From the NCBI GenBank assembly GCA_964016885.1, contig OZ024741.1, positions 111,352,001 through 111,416,000 of the forward strand: a DNA stretch of 64,000 nucleotides, given 5' to 3'. A model generated the notes under the pieces. That model searched no databases and was not told the DNA's origin. It saw nothing but the letters and a program-made list of their open reading frames with translations. Shown piece by piece: positions 1-16,928 of the stretch; positions within the stretch are counted from its first letter, which is position 1; each line of letters opens with the position of its first letter. This DNA is from Eledone cirrhosa. Its lineage: Eukaryota. The position numbers were made by a program, and so were the translations under genes.

Positions 1-873
1 GTGAGAAATTAGGAATAAGAGGGATCAGATGCTGTTTACTTGAGAGAAGACTACGTTGGTATGGCCACGTGATGTGCATGAAAGACGACAGCTGTATAAA
101 AAAATTGCAGGGTGATCAAAATTGATGGCAGTTACGGAGTAGGTAGACCCAGAAACACCTGGGATGATCTCATAAATTCTGACCTTACACACTCACTCCT
201 CTCTAAGACAATGTCATGGGACCGAGATATTTGGTGCTACGCAGTAATACAGAAGACCCGCCTTGCCTATGTATAAAAGCGAAACCTACAGTCAGTAGGC
301 ACTTCTTAACCAAATATACACCCCCCAATCCACTACTCCTACTCTATCCTCCCACTCCCACCAACACCACTCTCTCTGTAAAGTTTGTACCACAACATCC
401 AGTCCAAATAAATGAGATAATTGTTTCTACTTTAGGCACAAGGCCAGCAATTATCCAGTGCATTACTGGTACTTTATTTTATCGACCCCGTAAGGATGAA
501 AGGCAAAGTTAACCTCGGCGGGATTTGAACTCAGATCGTAAAGGGACGTAACTATGCTGGAAAGCATGGCGTCCAACCCTCTACCGATACTGCCAATCCA
601 CCGGAGATAATGAGATCGAGATCGTGTAGGTGTTACGACAAAAAACACACACACGCTGTAATGTGGCCGTGTAGGTAACATGATAAAAAGTTCCCAGTTC
701 CACACTGAAAATGTGGTTGATGATAGGAAGGGCATCCAGCTGTAGAAAACCTGCCAGATAGTCCTATATGAGCGAGACATGGTCACCCGACCAACCTTGC
801 CTCAAGTAGACTCCCGTCTAACCCATGCTAGCGTGGAAGATGGTCGTTAAACGCAGATGATGATGATGATGAT
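1..873 (+). mobile_element. RTE-clade LINE 3' fragment with 3' tail, interrupted by a SINE
   Basis: Degenerate RTE C-terminal coding (EKLGIRGIRCCLLERRLRWYGHVMCMKDD..GRPRNTW), then the tail '..aggaagggcatccagctgtagaaa..cccatgctagcgtggaa..(GAT)n' that recurs elsewhere in the window. Confidence 0.85.
419..604 (-). mobile_element. tRNA-derived SINE (family 1) nested in the RTE tail
   Basis: Minus strand has an A-box-like 'tggcagtatcggtagag', a B-box 'gagttcaaatccc' and the body 'ctttgcctttcatccttacggggtcgataaaataaagtaccag'. Flanked by the duplicated 8-mer aatgagat (411-418, 609-616); the uninterrupted host sequence is visible at ~4711-4730. Confidence 0.85.
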
Positions 874-900
874 GTATATATGTATGTATATATATGTATA

Positions 901-938
<38 letters not shown>

Positions 939-952
939 TATATATGTATATA

Positions 953-1347
953 TCATCATCATCATCATCATTTCATTTTACGTCCGCTTTTCCCTGCTTG
1001 CAAGGGTGGGACGGGAACTCATTCTGGCTTGATTTCTACAGCTGGATGTCCTTCCTAACACCAACCTCATTTACAGTGAGTGCTGGGTGCTTTTTTTCCG
1101 TGGTGCCTACACGTCCACTTTACAGTGTGGGCTGGGTGCTTTTTTGCCGTGGCACCTCCACGACCACTTTGCAATGGAATGATAGCGACCCCAGTCCCTA
1201 TCATGTCATTTCTACAGCTGAGTAAACTGGAGCAATGTGAAATAAAGTCTCTTTCTCAAGGAAACAACACATCACCCGGTCTGAGAATAGAATTCACAAC
1301 CTTTCCATTGCAAGGTCAATGCTCTAACCACTAAGCCATGTGCCTCC
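953..1347 (-). mobile_element. tRNA-derived CORE-like SINE (family 2) with RTE-type tail
   Basis: Minus strand reads ggaggcacatggcttagtggttagagc (tRNA head), a CORE-like 'gtttccttgagaaagagacttta', then an RTE-type tail and (GAT)n. Confidence 0.8.
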
Positions 1348-3351
<2,004 letters not shown>

Positions 3352-3354
<3 letters not shown>

Positions 3355-4348
3355 ATTAAGAATGTAGGATTCACATGCAGCAGCTGTGCTGAAACAGCAA
3401 GCAAACAGCCACAGGAAACAAGTACCACCAATCTCTGGGAGGGCCCTGTAGAAACAGTAGACAGCTTCTGCTACCTAGGTGACCGAATTAGCAACGGAGG
3501 TGGGTGCTCAGAAAGTACAATAACTAGGGTAAGAACGGGATGGAAGAAGTTTAGGGAACTACTACCACTGCTAGCTGCAAAGGCTTCTCCCTCAGAATGA
3601 ATGGCAGACTGTATGATGCGTGTATCCGAACAGCGATGTTGCATGGTAGTGAGACCTGGGCGCTGAAGGTGGAAGACTTACGTAGATTAGAGAGAAACGA
3701 AGCCTGCATGCTCCGATGGATGTGTAACAGTAATATACGTGAACGACAAAGCATAAAGGAATTGAGAGAGAGACTGAGCATAAGAGGAATCAAATGCTGC
3801 GTGCAGGAGAGGCGGTTACGCTGGTATGGACATGTGATGCGTATGAAGGATGACAGCTGCATAAAAAGGTGCAGAGCACTAGAAGTTGATGGAAACCGCG
3901 GAGTGGGGAGACCCAAGATGACTTGGGATGAGGTGATAAAAGCCGACCTTACCCAACTACACCTCTCAAAGTCAATGACACACGACCGTGACTTCTGGCG
4001 TCACGCAGTAATACAGGGTACCCGACCTCCCATGGGTACATGCTGAAGCATATAAACAATATGCCCCCCCCCCCCCCCCCCACCGCAAGGTGGTCGTGGA
4101 GGTGCCACGGCAAAAAAGCACCCAGCCCACACTGTAGAGTGGACGTGTAGGCGCCACGGAAAAGCACCCAGCACTCACTGTAAATGAGGTTGGTGTTAGG
4201 AAGGGCATCCAGCTGTAGAAATCAAGCCAGATCAGTTCCTGTATGAGCAAGGCATGGTCAGCCGACCAGACACTGCCCACAACAGGACAACCCGTCTAAC
4301 CCATGCTAGCGTGGAAGAACGGACGTAAAACGGTGATGATGATGATGA
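3352..4348 (+). mobile_element. 5'-truncated RTE LINE (subfamily A) with extended 3' tail
   Basis: ORF 3597-4046 has RTE C-terminal motifs (MLHGSETW, RRLRWYGHVMR, GRPKMTW); frameshifted upstream; (GAT)n tail. Confidence 0.9.
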
Positions 4349-4354
4349 TATACA

Positions 4355-4423
<69 letters not shown>

Positions 4424-4433
4424 ATACATATAC

Positions 4434-4464
<31 letters not shown>

Positions 4465-4975
4465 CCTGGGACGAGCTGATAAACTCCGACATCACACACT
4501 TACACCTCTCCAAGACAATGTCACTGGACCGAGACCTTTGGCGGTACTCAGTAACAGAGAAGACCCGCCTTACCTAAATATATAGTAAAACCTACTCCAG
4601 CCAGTAGGCATCTCTAACAAAATACACCCCGTCCCACCCCCACCACCCCCACCCCATCCACACCACCCCGTTCTATGTAAAGTTATGTTGGTGCCGCGCC
4701 ATCGAGGCCGAAACAAATGAGATCGTGTAGGTGTCACGACAAAAAAACACACAGTCCACGCTGTAATGTGGCCGTGTAGGCAACACGGTAAAAACCTCCC
4801 AGACCCACACTGTAAATGTGGTTGGTGTTAGGAAGGGCATCCAACTGTAGAAAACCTGCCAGACAGTCCTATGCGAGCAAGACAATCACTCTTGCCTCAA
4901 GTGGGACTACCCCCGTCCAAACCCATACAAGCGTGGAACACGGACGTTAAACGTTGATGATGATGATGATGATGA
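4465..4975 (+). mobile_element. Short RTE-derived 3' fragment with tail
   Basis: Homologous to 158-873 and 13449-14065; ends in (GAT)n. Confidence 0.8.
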
Positions 4976-4980
4976 TATAC

Positions 4981-5129
<149 letters not shown>

Positions 5130-5198
5130 CATGGAGGCATATATATATATATGGAGGCATATATATATACATGGAGGCATATATATATACATGGAGGC

Positions 5199-5229
<31 letters not shown>

Positions 5230-5232
5230 CAT

Positions 5233-5569
5233 GGAGGCACATGGCTTAGTAGTTAGAGCATTGGCCTTGCAATCGAAAGGTTGTGAGTTCAATTCTCAGA
5301 CCGAGTGATGTGTTGTGTCCTTGAGCAAGACACTTTATTTCACATTGCTCCAGTTTACTCAGCTGTAGAAATGAGATGGTAGGGACTGGGGTCCCTATCA
5401 TTCCACTGTAAAGTGGTCGTGGAGGTGCCACGGCAAAAAAGCACCCAGCACTCACTGTAAATGAGGTTGGTGTTAGGAAGGGCATCCAGCTGTAGAAATC
5501 AAGCCAGAATCAGTTCCCATCCCACCCTTGCAAGCAGGGAAAAAGCGGACGTAAAATGAAAATGAAATG
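5233..5569 (+). mobile_element. tRNA-derived CORE-like SINE (family 2)
   Basis: tRNA head (tggcttagtagttagagc, gagttcaattctc), CORE-like gtgtccttgagcaagacacttta, RTE-type tail. Confidence 0.85.
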
Positions 5570-7651
<2,082 letters not shown>

Positions 7652-7654
<3 letters not shown>

Positions 7655-8643
7655 ATTAAGAATGTAGGATTCACATGCAGCAGCTGTGCTGAAACAGCAA
7701 GCAAACAGCCACAGGAAACAAGTACCACCAATCTCTGGGAGGGCCCTGTAGAAACAGTAGACAGCTTCTGCTACCTAGGTGACCGAATTAGCAACGGAGG
7801 TGGGTGCTCAGAAAGTACAATAACTAGGGTAAGAACGGGATGGAAGAAGTTTAGGGAACTACTACCACTGCTAGCTGCAAAGGCTTCTCCCTCAGAATGA
7901 ATGGCAGACTGTATGATGCGTGTATCCGAACAGCGATGTTGCATGGTAGTGAGACCTGGGCGCTGAAGGTGGAAGACTTACGTAGATTAGAGAGAAACGA
8001 AGCCTGCATGCTCCGATGGATGTGTAACAGTAATATACGTGAACGACAAAGCATAAAGGAATTGAGAGAGAGACTGAGCATAAGAGGAATCAAATGCTGC
8101 GTGCAGGAGAGGCGGTTACGCTGGTATGGACATGTGATGCGTATGAAGGATGACAGCTGCATAAAAAGGTGCAGAGCACTAGAAGTTGATGGAAACCGCG
8201 GAGTGGGGAGACCCAAGATGACTTGGGATGAGGTGATAAAAGCCGACCTTACCCAACTACACCTCTCAAAGTCAATGACACACGACCGTGACTTCTGGCG
8301 TCACGCAGTAATACAGGGTACCCGACCTCCCATGGGTACATGCTGAAGCATATAAACAATATGCCCCCCCCCCCCCACCGCAAGGTGGTCGTGGAGGTGC
8401 CACGGCAAAAAAGCACCCAGCCCACACTGTAGAGTGGACGTGTAGGCGCCACGGAAAAGCACCCAGCACTCACTGTAAATGAGGTTGGTGTTAGGAAGGG
8501 CATCCAGCTGTAGAAATCAAGCCAGATCAGTTCCTGTATGAGCAAGGCATGGTCAGCCGACCAGACACTGCCCACAACAGGACAACCCGTCTAACCCATG
8601 CTAGCGTGGAAGAACGGACGTAAAACGGTGATGATGATGATGA
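7652..8643 (+). mobile_element. RTE LINE subfamily A (duplicate of 3352-4348)
   Basis: ORF 7897-8346 is identical in translation to 3597-4046. Confidence 0.9.
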
Positions 8644-8649
8644 TATACA

Positions 8650-8718
<69 letters not shown>

Positions 8719-8728
8719 ATACATATAC

Positions 8729-8759
<31 letters not shown>

Positions 8760-9270
8760 CCTGGGACGAGCTGATAAACTCCGACATCACACACTTACAC
8801 CTCTCCAAGACAATGTCACTGGACCGAGACCTTTGGCGGTACTCAGTAACAGAGAAGACCCGCCTTACCTAAATATATAGTAAAACCTACTCCAGCCAGT
8901 AGGCATCTCTAACAAAATACACCCCGTCCCACCCCCACCACCCCCACCCCATCCACACCACCCCGTTCTATGTAAAGTTATGTTGGTGCCGCGCCATCGA
9001 GGCCGAAACAAATGAGATCGTGTAGGTGTCACGACAAAAAAACACACAGTCCACGCTGTAATGTGGCCGTGTAGGCAACACGGTAAAAACCTCCCAGACC
9101 CACACTGTAAATGTGGTTGGTGTTAGGAAGGGCATCCAACTGTAGAAAACCTGCCAGACAGTCCTATGCGAGCAAGACAATCACTCTTGCCTCAAGTGGG
9201 ACTACCCCCGTCCAAACCCATACAAGCGTGGAACACGGACGTTAAACGTTGATGATGATGATGATGATGA
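8760..9270 (+). mobile_element. Short RTE-derived 3' fragment (duplicate of 4465-4975)
   Basis: Same sequence at offset 4295. Confidence 0.8.
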
Positions 9271-9275
9271 TATAC

Positions 9276-9424
<149 letters not shown>

Positions 9425-9493
9425 CATGGAGGCATATATATATATATGGAGGCATATATATATACATGGAGGCATATATATATACATGGAGGC

Positions 9494-9524
<31 letters not shown>

Positions 9525-9527
9525 CAT

Positions 9528-9864
9528 GGAGGCACATGGCTTAGTAGTTAGAGCATTGGCCTTGCAATCGAAAGGTTGTGAGTTCAATTCTCAGACCGAG
9601 TGATGTGTTGTGTCCTTGAGCAAGACACTTTATTTCACATTGCTCCAGTTTACTCAGCTGTAGAAATGAGATGGTAGGGACTGGGGTCCCTATCATTCCA
9701 CTGTAAAGTGGTCGTGGAGGTGCCACGGCAAAAAAGCACCCAGCACTCACTGTAAATGAGGTTGGTGTTAGGAAGGGCATCCAGCTGTAGAAATCAAGCC
9801 AGAATCAGTTCCCATCCCACCCTTGCAAGCAGGGAAAAAGCGGACGTAAAATGAAAATGAAATG
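9528..9864 (+). mobile_element. CORE-like SINE family 2 (duplicate of 5233-5569)
   Basis: Same sequence at offset 4295. Confidence 0.85.
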
Positions 9865-11669
<1,805 letters not shown>

Positions 11670-12035
11670 GTTATACTTGGGGAGGGTCATATTGTTGTAG
11701 TATTGCCAGAAATAATAACAGAACACACTTACTGTTTGGTTGGTTTTCGCTTCTGTATTTTTTATATCTCCATTGTTAATTTATTTGGCAATCACTGTTT
11801 ATCATTGATTGACCAGCGGTTAAAAATACAGATATATATATATATGATATGATTATTTCTGAAGACAGCATATATATGTGTAGGTATGTATATTCCCTCT
11901 GATAGTTTGTAAACATTTTACATAGATCTATATGATATACATACCAACACAAACATTTATATCCTAGAAACGATCGTAAAACGATCGTAAAATGATGAAT
12001 TTTTTAATATAAGGAACTATTCATTATTTTTATTA

Positions 12036-12102
<67 letters not shown>

Positions 12103-12121
12103 ATCAATATACAAGATTATG

Positions 12122-13330
12122 TCAATTGTTGACTTTCGAAAGAGTTTGTATAATTGAAGCACAGTGTATCTCATCAGCCTTCTCGCTCCACCACTTATCC
12201 TTCATCTGAGAAAGACTCCGCTTAACACGTGATTTCACATCCTTGAGTTCCTTAGGCAACATATTCTTCTCCTGTGGTTTTGCTGTCAAGTAGCGTGACA
12301 GAGCACGCCTTTTATCAGCCAACAAGTCATCTATATGTTCATCATTCTCATTAAACCAGTCTTGATGTTTTCTCTGCACCAATCCCAGAACACGCCTGCC
12401 TACATCATAAACTGACTTTTTAAGGGTCGGCCAATCCTCACCAAGATCTGCAATATGCATCTCTTGTATGCAGTTGATTGCGATCTTGTAGCGCACACAG
12501 AGTGATATGCAGCACATTTTGAATGCATTTTCTTTATGCCTGTGAGACCTGGGTCATATATCGACGACACCACCTTAAACAATTGGAGCATTTCCATCAG
12601 ATGTGTCTCAGACGGATCCATGGCCTTCACTGGAGGGACCACATCAGTGATGTTGAGATTTTGGAAAGCTCTTGTGTGACAGTATAGAAGCTCTTGTGCT
12701 TAAGCAAAGACTCCGTTGGAGTGGTCACCTTCCCAGGATGAAGGATTGTAGAATACCAAAACAACTCTTTTATGGAGAGTTGGTTAAAGGAAAACGACCT
12801 CCACATAAACCAAAAAAGAGGTATACGGATTCATTGAAAGCCTCTTTGAAAGACGCTAACATCTCTGCTGATACATGGGAAAATGTTGCTGCTGATCGTA
12901 ATAAATGGAGAAAGACTGTATATGAAAGGAAAGTTGCCTTTGAGGCATCTCAAAGTGCATACGAGAAAGTAAAGAGGGATGTGAGGAAGGGCATTGCTGT
13001 TGCATTTCCAGACAGTGAAGGTCTTCCTATGGCGCTGACATGCAGCGTCTGTGCAAGACTCTGCCTCAGCAAAGCTGGACTCAAAAGTCATCTTCGCAGT
13101 CATAAAGTAAGACCAGTGGTTGACTATCAGGTTGTTGTTGCAGACGCTACTCATCATGCCTGCCAAGTATGTGGTAGAGAATGTAAATCAGCAGGAGGGC
13201 TCAAGCGACATGGAAAAGTACATGAACTCCAACCACAGCCGGCTATTCCCAGTGTATGTTTTGGTTGCCAACTCTGTGCAAGACATTTTAGATCATTGGC
13301 TGGGCTAAAAAGCCACATTCGATCACAACT
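12122..13330. mobile_element. RTE (BovB-like) LINE remnant: inverted internal segment (12122-~12510, -) joined to the 3' segment (~12520-13330, +)
   Basis: Minus strand: RKHQDWFNEND..KWWSEKADEI (RTE linker region). Plus strand: LYACETW..LEHFHQMCLRRI, LRWSGHLPRM..RIPKQLFYGEL..KKRYTDSLKASLK, then C2H2-type fingers. Confidence 0.85.
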
Positions 13331-13395
13331 CTGTTATTTGTTATCGTGTGTGTATATGTATATGTGTGTGTGTGTATAAAAAAAAAAAAAAAAAA

Positions 13396-14065
13396 GTGCA
13401 GGGCGATAAAAATAGACGGTAGCCACGGAGTAGGCAGACCCAGAAAAACCTGGGACGACTTGATAAATTCCGACCTCACACACTTACACCTCTCCAAGAC
13501 AATGTCACTGGACCGAGATCTTTCGCGCTACACAGTAATACAGAAGACTGCCTTGCCTAAGTACAAAGTGAAACCTCCAGTCAGTAGGCACCTCTAACAA
13601 AATACACCCGTCTCACTACCCTCACCCCATCCACACCACCCCCTTAAATGTGAAGTTATGTTGGTACCACAACATCCAGCCTGAAACAAATGAGGTTGTG
13701 TAGGTGTCACGACAAAAAAACACACAGTCCACGCTGTAATGTGGCCGTGTAGGTAACACGGTAAAAACCTCCCAGTACACACTGTAAACGTGGTTGGTGT
13801 TGGGAAGGGCACCCAGCCGTAGAAAACCCGCCAGACGTGTAGGTGTCACAACAATAAAACACACAGTCCACGCTCTAATGTGGCCGTGTAGGTAACACGG
13901 TAAAAACCTCCCAGTCCACACTGTAAACGTGGTTGGTGTTAGGAAGGGCATCCAGCCGTAGAAAACCCGCCAGACAGTCCTGAGCAAGACAACCAATCTT
14001 GCCTCAAGTGGGACAATTCCCGTCCAGACCCATGCTAGCGTGGAAAATGGACGTTAAACGATGAT
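13396..14065 (+). mobile_element. RTE-derived 3' fragment with internally duplicated tail module
   Basis: Homologous to 1-873; a ~140 bp module (gtgtaggtgtcac..gaaaacccgccagac) is present twice. Confidence 0.8.
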
Positions 14066-14611
14066 AAATCATTAACTTTATTAACCTGTTAAATCTTATT
14101 GAAAGCTCTTTTCCCTAATTTTTAATTTCTGAGTTTAGAACTTTAGTAGGGATTATCAAAACTTCGTAAATTTTCTGAAATTTTTTAACGTGATCTCTTA
14201 GAAAACATTTTTTTCTTTTGAAGGAATTTTTTAGGAAACTTTATATTTTTTTAGGAAACTTTATATTTTTATTTTTTTAGTCTCTTAATCTCTTCTGGTT
14301 TGTTAGGTTTATTGGGGCTTATAAGCTTTATGCACTTATTGAGGGATTTTCTAAGGTGCTTCTACGAGATCCCAAGTCTTTTACTTTTAATGCGTAAATT
14401 ATAAATTCTCTAATTTTATCCCTGACTCTTAGGCCCTTTTCAAATTCTCTTAACTCCCTATAACCCATCCCTTTTACAACTCCGACAACTAATATAAACC
14501 TTTAGAATATAGACCCCAAATATACAAGCGGAGCTGTTGATGTATACCACAATTTCAAACTGCTAATCTTGAGTGAAACGTTGATGTAAATAATGAACTT
14601 ACAATCACCTG

Positions 14612-14667
14612 TTATATGCCTTGAAAAGTCCCACCATATGGTCGGACGAAACGGCTGTCGGCAATAA
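14612..14667 (+). ncRNA. Putative type I minimal hammerhead ribozyme (U3-A8 core variant), of the kind associated with Penelope-like elements
   Basis: Stem I tgcc(14617-20)/ggca(14660-63); core TTGAAAA (14621-27); stem II gtcc..acca-ta-tggt..ggac; GAAA (14648-51); minimal stem III ac-ggct-gt; GTC cleavage triplet (14657-59). Confidence 0.65.
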
Positions 14668-14984
14668 ACTTGTTATAATGTCATAATAGTTCCTTTGTTC
14701 TTTTTCATTAATATTTCTGCTCTGCTTATACGCATAGAGCTTAACTAGCTACCGTCGCATATTTGGTAGGTTAGGCGTGATCATCGCGATTCACATACGA
14801 CCTACCATACATCTTGCTTATATATATATATATATATATTTATTATTATTCATATTTTGTATTTTCTTGTCGATAACGAAGCATAAGGTAACCACCTTGG
14901 TTCCAAAGAGGGGAAACCTCTCAATATTTGGGCTTTAAGCCCGAATATTCAGATTAATTTTTAAAAACTCAGAAAAAAAAAAAC

Positions 14985-16133
14985 ATGGAAAATTTCGACC
15001 TTGAAACAGTAAACAACGTACAGGTCAAAAGTTCAAAAACAGCCACTATAGATCTCACCACAGCTACAACTACTACTACTACAGACAAGCCTGTCGCCCA
15101 TCCTACTGAATACAAAAACAAAACACAAAAGTTACCATCACAACCTTTTGTGATAGTAGCAGTACCATCTCAAAATGGCATCACCATCACCACCACCACC
15201 GCCACCAACACAACAACTCAGAACAACAACGGCCATAACACCAACAGCCTCAATGTAAACAATGTAAACACTGATGGCGGAGGCAACAGCAACAAACAAA
15301 ACAACAACAACAAGAGCAACGGAGGCGCCACCTTTGCAGCGGCAGCTACGAAAACAAAGCGCTTTTTCAATGTAAATATTAGCGATAAGGAACAACAGTT
15401 GGCCCAGGCGTGGAGGTTAGTTAAACGAGAAAAGTCCTGGGCAAACCTGACCATCCCAGACGGGGAAATAGCGGCCATTCAAAGGAGGACGGTGTACTTT
15501 CGATGCATTTCAGTGCAGATACGCAAAGTAGAACTCGCCAGCCAAGCAGAGGTCGAGGCTGCTTTGAGGTGTATCGGAAGTGACATTGAGTACAAAGCAA
15601 GGGCCAAGCAGTTTGGTACCATCTCGGTACTGTTCAAAACTGAGGCCCTTGCTATTAAGCACTCGGTGACCCCTTGCAGAACGGAACGCATTATCATGCA
15701 CCCGTCCCACATGGGAAAAAGGACAGTAAAGGTCTGCATTCCCAGGATCCCACCAGGAATGAACATATGGTGGCTCCTGGGATGCGTAATTGAGGAGGGG
15801 ACAGACACTACCCTCCTAGATATCAAAAGGACAGAGAGAGAAGACTGGTCCGGAATGGATTTGGAGATTCTTCTCCAAATGAAACCAGAGGACATCAACA
15901 ACATCCCGGATTCTACCCGCCCGCAGGACGGGACAACAATCCAATTAATCACTGAGGGAAGAAGGCCGCACTGCTTTGTCTGCGGGGAAGCAACGCATCT
16001 GCAAGCCTTCTGCCCTCAGCTCAAAAATAAAAAAATGCAGGGGGTCGCAAACCTCCTTTGTTGCCAACGCCAGTGTCAGCACAGAAAGCTGTACCACCAC
16101 CACCAAAAACAACACCAACAAAGACACGGGTAA
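14985..16133 (+). pseudogene. Tx1-like ORF1 (gag-like, zinc knuckle), frameshifted C-terminus
   Basis: CFVCGEATHLQAFC fits Cx2Cx4Hx4C; T/N-rich N-terminus; the P/T/K-rich continuation runs in shifted frames to ~16899. Confidence 0.8.
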
Positions 16134-16928
16134 CCCCACCAACATCAAAAACAGCCGGACCACCACCAACACCGAAACCAATCCAAGGGGAAAACGAGGA
16201 AAGCTCTCCCACTCCCCTACCCCTCCAATTATACACATAGACAAAACAATAAATGCACACACAGACACAGATACACTCACAGCCACAGACCCTTTGTCTT
16301 CCAGCAGTGAAGATGAAGGAAAACCCAAAAGTGCCAAAAAACAAAAGAGAAAACTCAACCCCCCCAAAAAGCCCAACAAAACACAAATCATACACAACAA
16401 AAAATACAGACACCACTAACGCAAACACTTCCCCAATAACATCAGCACCAACATCAACACCACCCCCACAATCCCCGAAATGCAAACAACCTAAACAAAC
16501 ACAAGAACAAATAAACACACAGACATACCCGAAACAACACCACCAAAACCATCACAGTCACCAAAACGAAAACAAATAAAACCACACCAAGAAAATATTA
16601 AAAACTTCATGCTTGTCAGAAGGGCCAATGATAAACTGATGGCCCTCTTAGCACGAAGCGAGGACATTCAAACAGAGGGGGAAATCTTTGAAATGAGCAC
16701 ATTTTGCGTGTTAGAAGATTTGCTTTTGGTCCAAATGTCGCAAGATTCCTTCAAAGAAATTCGGGAGAGCTTTCCTCAAGACGTGGGAACCCCGAATGTG
16801 AAACCCACATCAAGACTTTTAAAGGGGTTCCCAAAAGAAACCCCACCAACCATGGAGATCGAACCGCCCGACCTTCACAAGACCCCGGGAGGTAAGTAAA
16901 CCTTCCCTCTCTCTTTTAGCTTGCCAAC

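Noticed and set aside
5233-5305. tRNA-like sequence with A and B boxes
   Set aside because: No complete cloverleaf and it continues into a SINE body; this is a SINE head, as are the other copies
11725-11830. Possible minus-strand exon ending in a gtaagt donor
   Set aside because: In-frame stops shortly upstream and no partner exons identified
12672-13379. Host C2H2 zinc-finger gene
   Set aside because: The fingers are in frame with RTE C-terminal motifs and there is no exon structure
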